DNA of 55,188 bases, counting the filler, from Catajapyx aquilonaris (lineage: Eukaryota): assembly GCA_000934665.2 (NCBI GenBank). It is 4 parts of 4 records of this genome, joined end to end, with 100 filler letters (N's around TTAATTAATTAA, not from the genome) between each part and the next. Parts side by side here need not be neighbours in the genome. Positions count along the whole stretch, not along the records: positions 1 to 13,716 come from JYFJ02008014.1; positions 13,817 to 27,506 come from JYFJ02008015.1; 2 more parts are not named here. One strand, given 5' to 3'. Shown here one piece after another: positions 11,250 through 23,249 of the stretch. The notes beneath the pieces are model-generated. The model was not told where the DNA came from and did not search any database. It worked only from the letters and a program-made list of their open reading frames with translations. Position 1 is the first letter of the stretch; the number at the start of each line of letters is the position of its first letter. The translations under genes and the position numbers were made by a program.

Positions 11250-13376
11250 ATGTATCCAACAGTTTTGCTTGCCATCGTCCTCGCGTCTGTTGGCTCATGT
11301 CACGGGCTGATCAGGTAAGACACTCAACCATTCAACCCACACCACAATATATTTTGGATTCACTGCAGGTCACATTCGCACAAAAATGATAGGCTTGTTT
11401 ATAATCTGTGGGCTGAAGCTATTTCCTGAATCTAATAGACGGGATGAGTCTAATGAAACTATATTTGGCTGCGAAAACGTTTTGTTCAAAACTAAAAAAT
11501 TTAAGTAATAAATGAAAGTAAATACATAGTATTAAGGTATATAGTCTGGTGACCCGGGGTAGCTTGCCCCCTGGGGTAACTGGTTGTTTACTGCTATCCT
11601 TTTACATATGCTGCCATGGTGATTGCCCCCGGGATAGCTTACCCGGGGTCATCAGACTAGGGGCCTAAATAGAGCTTCCTTTGTTGACAATGTTTGCGGG
11701 GGAGGAGGCTTCATTAGGAAAATATAGGGCTGGATTTAGCGTTTACAAACTTTTTCTTTATTATTTTAAAATTCAGTAACTTTAAAAGGAAGTGTTCCGC
11801 TTCTTAAGAATAGTATATAGTTTGCCTCATCTTGTCAAGAATATTTAAATAATAATAATATAGACTATAATAATTATAAACCAAATTTTCTTGGGGATTT
11901 AAACTGCAGTGTCACCAAATTATCTATTAGTGATTGACATAATGCTTCTTTCCCGGAAGTATTCCCCTTACAAAAATTGATCTAGCCGGAAAGAATCTCA
12001 GGAGCGATGTCGCCTACTTTGGAAATTCTACTCTCACTCTCAGGAGATGGGGAGAGGACAAAAAAAGTGTTCCGCTCAGGAATTACAAGAACGTGAGTTA
12101 CTCCTCCCCTCATCTCCGACGGCCTCAGGGTACCGGAAGGCAGTAGGAGAATCCCCCTGAAGAATAATTACTATAATGTGGGTTGCTCCTAACACAAGTT
12201 CAACAACACAACAACGCAACGAGGGGGAAAAAAATATCATACCCCCCCCCCCTCTTCGTAACGTTGTTTTAGTTATTTTCATTCAGCTGGACGGACTCAC
12301 TGTAAAGGGTCACAATTTTTCTAAGATCACTGGAGTCGATGAAGGCATAAAGGACCTTGAGTTGAGATTCGACGGAATACTTGGAATGGGCTTACCTGCC
12401 ATATCTAAGTACCAGACACCACTGTTTTCCGCCCTTTGGAGCAAAAGGCTTATCCAGCAACCTATTTTCTCGTTTTACATAAGCAGGTACGACAAGATGA
12501 ATGTTACACACTTTTTTTTGCTCCTTTCAAAGTTGAATCGGGAACATTTTGTTGACTGATGTTTCACGACGTAGACCCGTCTGCACCCGAGCATGGAGGC
12601 GAATTGACTCTAGGTGGAGTCAACCACAAATATTTCACTGGGGAATTGACGTGGATGCCAGTGGTTCCGGATGTGCTTATGACTAGAAATACTCACTGGA
12701 TGGTGGCTCTGGACCAAGTGAGTGTGGGAGAAAGGAGGCTGGGCAACCCGAAGTGGCCGCACTTCGCATTGATACACACTGGCACCAGCCTCATCACAGG
12801 ACCCAAAAGCGACGTTGAAGTGATCAACAGACAGATTGACTCCAGACCATCTGTAAACCAACAGGGAATCGGGACTAAACCGCACTAGGTTCACACTTGG
12901 AGGAAAACGTGATTGCAGTATAATGTGTATGTATACGAACATAATTATATCCTTAGGTATAGAGTGTGATAAAATCGACTCCTTCCCTACGATGACCTTC
13001 ACCATGTCAGGCAACAACTTCACACTGACAGGGAGAGATTACACTATGAAGGTACTTGACGATATGGAAATTCAGGCACTAATTGCGTACCGTGTTTGCA
13101 GTATAATGGAGTTTGCTTCACTTATCTTGGACTGTCGGACAAACTGAAGATCAAATGGCTCCTTGGAGACGCGTTCATATAGGTCTGCACTACGTTGCTT
13201 TTGACGTGGAGAAGGAGAGGATTGGGATTGCTTCGCTGAGCTCCGAATACTCTGATGCAGGACAGGGGCTCGAGTTGAGCAAAGGGTGCCAAGGAAGGTG
13301 CCTGGGACAGTACCACTCGATTGTTCTTGGTGCGATTGTTGCGTTGTCGTACGCGTTCGTTGCTGGGATCAAATGA
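11250..13376 (+). pseudogene. Aspartic protease paralog C, disrupted (exons 11250-11314, 11960-12092, 12287-12486, about 12575-12888, about 12957-13051, last exon to 13376)
   Basis: Signal peptide MYPTVLLAIVLASVGSCHG. The exons carrying the first DTG and the flap are absent. The second motif reads IHTGTS (Asp to His). Frameshift or stop after WLLGDAFI at about 13180. The acceptor at 12574 is out of phase. Hydrophobic C-terminal tail. Confidence 0.8.
11542..11660. mobile_element. Small MITE in intron 1 of protease C
   Basis: TIRs TAGTCTGGTGACCCGGGG and CCCGGGGTCATCAGACTA. Confidence 0.6.
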
Positions 13377-13716
13377 TGAACGAAACATGTAATCGCAAGG
13401 ATACGCTTAAATGAAGTTATTATTTAAAGGAGTTTTTAGCATATGCGTATAAAACATGGTGTCGAATTTTACCTCCTCTGTTTATTTTTCCGGCGCCGTG
13501 TATTTGTTTGTTAATTCTCATTTTTAACTTGTAGGTTTTGAGCACATGCTTATTGAGTACGTTGTTCAACTGTTGCTGCTGGGGAACATAAATAATTAAC
13601 GGTAAGGATGCACTTTAGCCCCCCCCAAAATATTGCAGGTTTCTATACATTTCCTGAAGCTCCTCCATGGGCTGAGTCGAATGACACTATTCCTTGGGTG
13701 GAGAAACGTTTCGTTA

Positions 13717-13816
13717 NNNNNNNNNNNNNNNNNNNNNNNNNNNNNNNNNNNNNNNNNNNNTTAATTAATTAANNNNNNNNNNNNNNNNNNNNNNNNNNNN
13801 NNNNNNNNNNNNNNNN
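13717..13816. other. Artificial contig-join spacer
   Basis: 100-nt block of Ns with a central TTAATTAATTAA (stops in all six frames). Identical to the blocks at 27507 and 41398. Confidence 0.95.
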
Positions 13817-14072
13817 AACTAAAATTTTTTTCTCGTTTCTTATTGGGAAAATGTTCAGAAAATGCAATCGGAACTGATATTGCGTTACTCAATTCCTCTC
13901 GGGTCTCAGGAGGTTAAGCATGGTAATAATAAGTCCTGATCCAAAAGTTTTCATTTCAAATTTTTTGTCCAGTTCAGCAAGTTATTACAAATAATTTTTG
14001 AAGGACATTCTGAAAAGGCATACTGCTTTACATAAATTCAGCGTTCCTAATCTTTCAAGCATGAAGTCTTAA

Positions 14073-14264
14073 GCCCCGTTTACATGTGAGCGATTTGACA
14101 AGCGAAACTGAGCGAAGTCATCGCCCAGTGACGTAACCAATATTGTTTTAGGTGAAAGTAACAATCGATTTTCGCCTCAAACAATACTGGTTACTCAGGT
14201 TTCTCAGTATTGTTATCGCCTGCGATGACATCCCACAATCAAATCGCTCACATGTAAGTGCACC
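14073..14264. mobile_element. PIF/Harbinger-like MITE
   Basis: Inverted ends TTACATGTGAGCGATTTGA and TCAAATCGCTCACATGTAA, with TAA on the left flank. Confidence 0.6.
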
Positions 14265-14466
14265 TTCAGACTTCCCCATTGCAATTTTCAAAATTATAAG
14301 TAGATTGCTTGGCAAAAATGTTTCTAATTCCTTATTATGTGGATAGCAGAATTACACTCCAAGCTTATTGACAAATAATAAAATAAAAGCCAGCCAGCCG
14401 CAGTTATGAATTATGCCAAATCATGTTAATGGACTTCACTAAATCACTATTTATCCCAAGTATTAC

Positions 14467-17418
14467 CTAGCCTCAGAAGACGGTCTCTTGCATCCAAAAC
14501 TTTGAATCTCTCTCCAGCAGTGAATGCTGTTTGCTTGACGATAGCCTTGAGCTCTGGCACCATTGTTGCGCCAGAGAGTGGGGCATCTTCCTTCTCAGCC
14601 TTCCCCTTTGATGCTGACTTATGGCTTCGGGATGGTGTCACTGCCTTCCTGAAACATTAACCATATGTTGTGTTTTGCCTCAGAAGGAGAATGTAAGTGA
14701 CTTTCAATTCTCCGTTACGACCAGGAAGATACTTGATATTCAGGCCATTGCATCCCAACCAAAGGCCTTGAAATACATTTGCAGAATTTGATTTAAGGAA
14801 TTCTGGCTTTCACATGATACAGGGTTCTGGTCCTATACAGAGCAATCTATATCAATAAAGACGTTTGTGAGTCTGTCCGTCTGTCTGCCCACCAATGCCA
14901 TCTGGATGCGGTCCTTCTCCCGCCTGTATAACGCCAACCGTCATTTGCCTGCCATCTGTGGTCCGTCTGCAACACTACCTCCAACCTCTTCCAGCCTTCC
15001 TAATATATCAATAAAGATGGATGTCATTCTGTCTGTCTGTCTGTCTGTCCATCCGGCCGGCACGCCAACCATCTCATTCGCCTGCCGTCTGTGGTCAGCT
15101 TCCTACACCTCCAACCTCTCCCGTCCTTCCGACCCGGCCAGCCACCCGACACTACCTCTACGATCTCATCTTATCGCCTGCTGGGGCATTTTGCAGGAGG
15201 TGCTCACCTGAGAGCGCCATGAGACCTTTCACAGAGCATTCATTAGGCGACCCTACCGGACTATGCTGAACTTTATTGGTACAAAAGGGAAGACCTACAT
15301 AGGCTACATGTGGGCCCAACATGGCCGCCAGCGACCATGTTGGGTCCCCCAATGTAGCGCTTCCCTTTTGCAGGGACGGATCCAGATAGGAATTTTGGGG
15401 CAGGAACTATTCTAATGGAAATTTTTCGAATGAAATCCGACGTGATTGTTATACTTTTAAAGAGTCTTAGGCTGATTTGGGGGGGGGGGGGGNCCCCCCC
15501 CTCCCCCCCTACACCTACATAGTTCAGCGTAGTCCGGTAGGGTCGCCACATAAATGCTCTGTGAAAGGTCTCATGGCACTCTCAGGTGAGCACCTCCTGC
15601 AAAACGCCCCGGCAGAGGGTAGGTGGGAGTGTCCAGACCTGAGTAGTCGACCATGGACCCGTCCTTCCTAAAAGTGTCATGGCGGCTCTCTGTGCGTGAA
15701 AATTTGTACGGGGCTACAGGTAGGTGTTATCCCTTCATTCATTTCTTCCCGGGCAAGGCCGGGTATCACAGCTAGTAGTAAATAAATGTATGCTTGCCCT
15801 TACTTTGTTTCTGTCTCAACTAATCCACCCCCCCCGGCATTAAGTTCTTCTGCGATGTCTGGGTCCTCATGCAGTTTCTTCTTTCGCCACATCTGCTTCT
15901 GGATCTGCCTCGTCTCATCCAACTGGCGCATTTTATCTTCCATCTTCAGCCTGTCCAGTTTCACAGTTTCTGCTGAGCTAGTTTTTAATGACTTTGGAGA
16001 TGCTGACTTTGGAGACGATGGGCTGTAATCGATTTTCATAGTGGATCCCTTGAAGAAACCACCTACGCCATGTTTTTTGGCAGCAGCAGCAGCATCCTGA
16101 AAATATATTTAAATTACTCGCATAAAAGTGTATCATAATTTTGGGACATGGCAAGATGACTTGTGAAAGGTCAGGTAGCAGGTTGGGGATATAGATAGGG
16201 GGAGCAAATTTTGACACAGCATATATATACGAGTAGGATAACAAAATTCTGACTAATTTCCCCAATTGTGCAATTCTAATATATGCAGAGCACCCAGCTA
16301 CACTATATCGAAATGTTTGTCAGGTCTTGAACTTGGATCACCCCTTGACGCCCCCTGAAAGTGTCTGCTCTCTTAAAAGGAGCCTTGTCATCCCTTGGTC
16401 ACCATGACCAGAAAGCACCTTATGCAATTTGACAAATTCCCTGCCCTCATACCCACCTTTAGCAAGAAATTTAACGGACAGATTATTACAAAATTGGTTG
16501 GAAAAATCAACAGTCATCACAAAAATTTACAGATATTCTACCTGCCTAAAATTGGGATATTATAGGATAAATATGCCATGACATGACCCACAAATTCAAG
16601 GTTCTCAACCACCATGCCATAAATTGGACACAACTTACATGACTGTTATAGTGAACGACAGCAACTCTCATCTTGTTGTTCAAGCTGATGCGAACCACCT
16701 TTCCAAATTGGCTGAAATGGATTTCCAGCTTTTTCTTTCCAACTGCCTCTGGTATGTCCTGGCAGCAGATTGACTTGATCTGCTCCAACTGTCCTGTAGG
16801 AATAACTTTCTTTTCCTTTCCTGTTGGCACCTCCACTGAACTACTTCCACTGGACATTCGCCACCTGGCAACGCTGCTCTTCTTTAGCATTGATACAGCA
16901 CGTTCAAACACACCTCCAGTTTTTGCAATTGTTTTTTTGGGTTCCAGCGAAATCATCTTGCTTTCTGCGCTAGGCGGCTTAGTCTCACCTTTGGTCTCCA
17001 TTGCAACATCTTGGGATACACTTACGGCCCCGTCATCTACAATTAAACATTTACTTTCATTTTTGGGGGGCATGGGGAGACGGAGTGGTGCTGCGATAAC
17101 GTATGCGCCCACAGATGCTAAGGTCCCAGGTTCGATCCCAACCCGGGGACAGCCCCTTCATCTCGTGCAGAGTTCATTGGGTCACCTCTGGTTTCGTTTC
17201 GGGTGGTATTTCCTACAGACTAAACCACCCGGGGGAGTTCACTAAAAATGGCCACATAAGGACATTGCACTGCACCTTGCACATCCCCTCCTGTCATCCT
17301 GCCCGTGGGCCCGGGCGTATGTATGAGTATAAAATAAAGGTCCGTGCTATATACCTCCGGTTGAGGTCAAGCACTACCCCGGATTATTATTTTTATTATT
17401 TTTATTATTATTTTTATT

Positions 17419-17449
<31 letters not shown>

Positions 17450-17468
17450 TTTTTTTTTTTTATTATTA

Positions 17469-17509
<41 letters not shown>

Positions 17510-18286
17510 TTTTATTTTTATTTTTGGGGGGCAGAAAATAATATCAGTTAAAGTTCTTATCAACCAACAAGTAATGTCTATGTTATTAATGTTTAACATG
17601 GAAAGCTTGCTAACAGGCTCTGACACAAAATATGTAAGCTACTTTCTGAAAACAGTAATTACTAATAGTAATTATAAAATAATCAAGGACAGACCCTCAT
17701 CTGGCATATTATCAGTTGGTCGCGTTTGCTTCAACCTTGGATCCCTTGGATTCGGTGGAAGCGTAAATGCCCCTGACGCTGATTTTGTGAGTGGGAAGGT
17801 TGGCTGTGAAGCTGACCTCATCCCAAACACTTGCCATGAGGTTGACATACCAAACATCGATGTTGCTGACATACCAGATGATTCAGTCACTTGTGGTGTT
17901 TTAAACGGAAATGTTTGAGCGGTCGTCCCTTGCCCAAAGGTATATCCTGGTGCTGATTTTGTACCAAACCCCATTTTCCCACGACCCTTTCCAACAACAA
18001 AAGGTGTGACACCAAATGCAGGTGAGGAATATTGTCCTCCAAAAATCCCAAATGCTGACTTGGATGGTGGGCCCGTAATGTTTTGGAAAGTTTCTTTCTG
18101 AGTGGCTTCTTGGGCAGAAACATGGCCAAAGAGGACAGCAGGTGGTTCAGGTTGAGACATTGAACTGAACATGGGCCTGTGAGTCCATGTGTGAGGGTCT
18201 GATGGGGGTACATTGGGTGGTGTATACTCGGGAGGTGGTTTTGTATTTGGTCTGGATCCAAGTGGGTTGGTTTGTTCTCCGAACAT
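14467..18286 (-). CDS. MCM3AP: GANP / MCM3AP (Sac3/xmas-2 family, TREX-2 scaffold), 5' part; coding exons 18286-17695, 17036-16639, 16096-15804, 14648-14467; the rest is cut off by the contig end
   Basis: FG-rich N-terminus (MFG, LFG, AFGIFG, GFG, TFG, VFG), an RRM (HFSQFGKVVRI..AVVHYNSHDAAAAAKKHG) and the pre-SAC3 motif TAGERFKVLDARDRLLRL, matching GANP 'EKYRLLDQRDRIMR'. GT-AG introns with matching phases (1, 0, 2). gccATG start. Confidence 0.85.
14846..15775 (+). mobile_element. Non-autonomous Helitron in a GANP intron
   Basis: 5' TCTATATCAATAAAG after an A, (CTGT)n microsatellite, a second internal 5' end at about 15000, and a 3' hairpin CCCGGGCAAGGCCGGG with CTAG before a T (A|T target site). 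Confidence 0.8.
15177..15617. mobile_element. Long-TIR MITE nested in the Helitron; same family as 30868-31507
   Basis: About 100-bp inverted arms (GGTGCTCACCTGAGA..GGCGACCCTACCGGACT and its reverse complement). Confidence 0.75.
17073..17519 (+). mobile_element. tRNA-derived SINE with (TTA)n tail in a GANP intron
   Basis: A-box-like GTGGTGCTGCGATAA, B-box GGTTCGATCCC, (TTA)n tail and a perfect 14-bp TSD ATTTTTGGGGGGCA at 17059-17072 and 17520-17533. Confidence 0.85.
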
Positions 18287-18973
18287 GGCTGAATAGATTC
18301 AGGCACCTGAAAAATAAAATAGTAATATAAAAAATAGCACTTCAAACCAAATCTGCAAGATTTCCCCTTCACATATTTAAATATTCACCACCAGATTTAA
18401 TACTAATGCAATAATTGGTGTCACATGATACATGTGGTAGAAGTGGAAAAAAAATCTGACTGACCTATTTTGCTATTTTACTAGAACAGTCATAAAAAAA
18501 AGAAAACAAAAACTTAAAGGAATACAAAATAACTCCTTCAGAACTAGCAGAAAATAACGTGCAATAAAATTTTGCAGCATCACATTTATGATAAAAGACT
18601 TAATTATAACCTTAGGCCTACATATAACCTGAGTATCACTCTACAATTTATTGGTTTACAATGCAACATACCAGTGCATTTCAGATTTTTTCCATGCACC
18701 TATACAACTGCAATTTGTGGCAAAAAATGTAAATTCTCAGGAGACCCTTTGTTAAACTTAACGAGAGTGCGTTTAGTGGCAATTGGTCATCATGCACTTC
18801 TAATGATCATGGTAGTAAAATGCTTGTCCTTTTGAGTAACATCAACATGCACGTCAGGTTTACCCATGCCTACAAATGCACGGTTCAGGTGCGGTTTTTC
18901 GCACATTTTTGTTCCATTACACTTGTGAGACGTGTGAGACGCACCTTCAGCGCGTGGAAAAATCTCAATAGGC

Positions 18974-19042
18974 TACACTGTAGTCGCTGACAACGATTTT
19001 AATGTACCGTACATTAAAATCGTTGTCAGCGACTACAGTGTA
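18974..19042. repeat. Perfect palindrome with 34-bp arms and a 1-nt spacer
   Basis: TACACTGTAGTCGCTGACAACGATTTTAATGTAC-C-GTACATTAAAATCGTTGTCAGCGACTACAGTGTA. Confidence 0.95.
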
Positions 19043-20059
19043 TTGCGATTTTTAGACATTGTGTGGACTCATTGAATCCCCTATTGGTACTGTCACACGT
19101 TCAACAGTCCAAAACACAAACCATTTGAGACAAATAAACAGCCTCTGATGTTACACCAACACCTGCTGCTCCTTCTCGTTCCTTCCCGGCCACCCAACCG
19201 CCCTCCCCTCTCAACCAGTTGTACCTGCAATCCTGTCCCTCCGAAGCAGCCGTACTTCCCCAACGCTTCCTCTGTTCGGAGTACTGTCGCACGTATGCTA
19301 AATATTAAATAGGAAGTTGCGGGGAGCTGCTCGGAACCGAACCATGCTCGGAAACTTCGGTATTTGCTTCGTCCAAACCTGGTCCGAACAGAGATCAAGC
19401 TGAATATTCTCTGTTTTCTCTTCTTGCGTGGTTCTTCAGATTTTCTTTATTAATTAACAATCTAATAATCGTTCCAGATTTATCGACTACATTTAAGACC
19501 CAGAAGATTAGCAGAAAGTACCAAAATCACAATAGTTTATAAAAATAATTGTTTCAGATATCTACACTTGGAGCCGCCACTATCCCCTGAGGAGGAGGGT
19601 GGGTGCTGCCATCTATCGCTTTGGGCGACTTGGATCTATCTGTCCTGGTGGCATGTAGGGGGCCTACGTAGTTGGGCATCTTCAAGGGATGCCCCGCTGT
19701 GCCCCGCGCCCCTATGGAAACGTACGTCCCACTGCGGTCAGGCCCATCAGCACAGGGGCCGCCCCTACGGCCGCTTCTGCTGCCCCGCCCAAAGTAACGA
19801 TGACGCCATCTTTACTTTGGGCATGATTGGCATCACTTTGCTTGTATAGAAAGGGATAGCGATGAGTTATGTATCTAGAGTAGCCTCTTAATATCAAGAG
19901 GTAATACAGTATATAGCAGATAATTATATTTGGTCGAAAGCAGTTGCAATCAACGCTGTACTAAATCAAGTCTAAATAGCATTTGAGCTTTGGGCTGGGT
20001 CAACAATGTATCCAACAGTGAACAGTGACCCAAGTTAGAACACTACCTTTACACCCGAA

Positions 20060-21982
20060 CTAGTGGAAGCGGTAGCTGGAAAAACCTGGCATTTGATGAT
20101 GAAAGTGTGCCACTTGGCATGGTGCTTCCTAGGACCATAAGGAATGATTCCGGAAGTGGAGCCGAAGATTTCGTCCATTAGGATTCAAGATGGCGGCCAA
20201 TAATGAAACTTGCATCCATTGTTACAAAATCGGTATTTTTCGCAGGAAATTGACGATTGAGGTGTCAATTCCTAGCAATACGAAGTCGCTGAACACGAAT
20301 CTAATGTCAGAATACTGCTTGAACACGTTTTAAAGCAATATGGCTGCCAACAATCAAAAGGGCCTCCATTGTTACAAAATTTGTGTTTTTCGCCGTAAAT
20401 TGACGATTGAGGAGTCGATTCCAATCAATATGAAGTCTCTGAACCCGAATCTAATGTCAGAATTCAGTTTTAACACGTTTGAAACCAATATGGCGGCCAA
20501 TAATGAAAATGGTCTCCATTGAGGTTACAAAATTGGTACCGTATTTTTCGCAGGAAATTGACGATTAATTCCTAGCAATACGAAGTCGCTGAACACGATT
20601 TTAGTGTCAGAAGACAGTTTGAACACGTTTTAAATCAATTTTTAACAAAAATGTCCAATTTTGAGCCATCGGTTTGAACAGCGCTGTGGCTTAATCCAGG
20701 AAAGATAAGGTATGGGGTCAAAAGAACTGCAATGGAAATCATATGTGGAGAATAACATATATCCAACGTTCAACGCAATATTGGAGCTACGGAACCCGCC
20801 GCCATCCTGGGAAAATGGTGGCGAAAATAGGTTTTTAAAATCTATCTCTTAGATGGCTGCACGTATATGAATTTATGAAGAGGACGAAATGGAAGAATGT
20901 ACAATTCATATTCGATCCTTATCATTCTTTTGTAGAGCGAATCGCTACAAAGATATCTCCGATTATATTGACACCACCTAACCACTCTACGAAGGTTTTT
21001 GCAAATATACTGTGCTTACTCAACGTAAATAAGTCACTTATTACAGTACTGTATTCGAATAACCAATAGACGAGCTATCATTGATGAAATGGTTGGTAAT
21101 GATAATAGCTATCATAGCTAAAATTATTAATATCACTATCATATTATATTTGTTTCCGGTTTGGCGGGTAAATAATCCAGGTTAGAAGAAAAGTAAAGTA
21201 AAGAAGAATAGAAGAAAATGTCAGAAAATGTCAGTAAACTTAGCCGCAGACGATGAAAACACGTGTGTCCTCAGCTCGAAAGGTGCAGTGGGGGTCAACA
21301 ATGCCAGAAAATTGCGCAACAGTGATGGCCAGGTTGCAGAGTCGAGATTGAAAGTGCACCAGGTAGGGTATATAATTATGTCGGATGAGATTATAGACGA
21401 GAAACTGGTTGACAGATTACAGAAAAGTACTGCGGTGCAAATGTGGGAAAGAACCTGGTCCAAGTACGAAACAATATTTTCCGATCAAGTGGTGGGTCAT
21501 AGACTACTACAATATAACATTAGAAGCGACTGTTTGTTTTGTGGAGAATATATAAATTCATGGTGACAAAAGAACTCATAGAGAAAAGTAAGAACACCAT
21601 CTTTTTCGAGGACTACGAATATAACATAATGCTGTGCAAATCGTGGTGATGAGTATAGTCTTGTGCAGTTAAAGGTCGAATTGAGTATTAATTTTCCTTA
21701 TGCTATGTTTGCAGCAGATTGTGTTTTTCACCATGTTCATGTAGGCCTAGTGTAAACCTTTGTCACCATGAATTTATATATCCTCCACAAAACAAACAGT
21801 CGCTTCTATAATGTTATATTGTAGTAGTCTATGACCCACCACCTGATCGGAAAATATTGTTTCGTACTTGGACCAGGTTCTTTCCCACATTTGCACCGCA
21901 GTTCTTTTCTGTTATCTCTGTCAACCACTTTCATCATCAAATGCCAGGTTTTACCGAAATATGACGCTAACCGCTTCCACTA
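20060..21982 (+). mobile_element. Unclassified TIR DNA transposon of about 1.9 kb with subterminal tandem repeats, a transposase remnant and an internal inverted duplication
   Basis: TIRs TAGTGGAAGCGG..AAAACCTGGCATTTGATGATGAAAGTG and its reverse complement at 21927-21982. Three repeats of about 150 bp at 20187-20640. Degenerate peptides DCLFCG, CANRGDEYSL, VKGRIEY and FAADCVFHH. Inverted copies at about 21407-21571 and 21758-21927. Confidence 0.7.
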
Positions 21983-23249
21983 AACTGAGAGAGGGAGAGA
22001 GAGAATCACTTATTTGTGCATAATAGCAGTTCAACTCCATAGCCTACCATATTAGTGTTAAGTAGTGACACGTCACTTCAGTCAACCTTGATCCGTGACC
22101 AAGGCTGATCAGGATTAAGATCATTACAAAAATGACGAGCAGAGTCGAGATGGAAGGTGTTTCAATTATTTTTTAGAAGGCCATAAGGCTCGGTGAATGT
22201 GAATAATATTCAGACAACATGTTGGCTGCATCAGATAGTCGAGGGGAGAGCACCCCAGATAGGTGCATGTGACAATTAAATGACAGGTTACAAAACTAAA
22301 ACAATTTAAATAACAACTAAAATATGTTACAGCCACGACAGAATACAAATTTCCAATATTCTTCTGACTCCAGAATGGGTCAGGCCTGCATCCACGATTC
22401 AACTACACCTTGCTGCCATGATCATTGAATTTCAGTATTTACTTGAGATTACCAGCCAATCCCATGCTGTCAGCGACATATCCAACTTGTCACAGCTAGA
22501 ATTGTTGTAGCTCAACCAGCTATATATGGTCAAAGGAGAGGTTTTGAAATTTCATGAAATTTTTATGTCATGACACATGCCTTTGAGCCAATCGAAACCT
22601 CTCTTTTGATGCATAGGCTATTGATAGCATTTAGTACAACCAACCAGAGTGTGCGAATGGCTCTAAGTCCCTTTTATGTATTTCAGGAGAGAACTTGAAG
22701 AATTCAAGGAAAACCCATGCACAGTGGTAATTTTTCACAGACACAACCACTGGATAGAGTCAGCAAAAACACTCGCACATCGTGATCCAGCACCTGAGGT
22801 CCAGAAAAAATTGTTACAATTAACTGACTGAAATATTATAGAATAGAATAACACACTAACACGCTGTATAATAAGAAGCAATATGAAACAATAAACCTGG
22901 GGTTTTATAAGCAGCTGAACATGTTATTAACAAGTATTTTCCTAACCTGCTGAAATGTCCTGATAACTTTAAGGAAGTAATAAATTAAACCATTACCTTC
23001 TTTTTGCTTTTTATCTCTACATGACAAAAAATGCACTCGTAAGTAATTTTTCAAGTGATTCCCCGCTCAAACTCTCCGATGGACATACACCTCATTAGAC
23101 GGATTGTATGCATGGCATATTTCTAGCCCGAATATAGGTGCTGCACAGTCTCATGGAGCGGTGACTTAGAAGGCTGCTAGCAGCTGCATTTGAATTGCCG
23201 CCTCCCTCGCGGCCTTGTTCCCCCCTCGCCACCACCGAGCCTTCGCATG

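Noticed and set aside
13761..13772. TTAATTAATTAA as a recurring biological motif
   Set aside because: It is always centred in a 100-nt N block, so it is an assembly linker.
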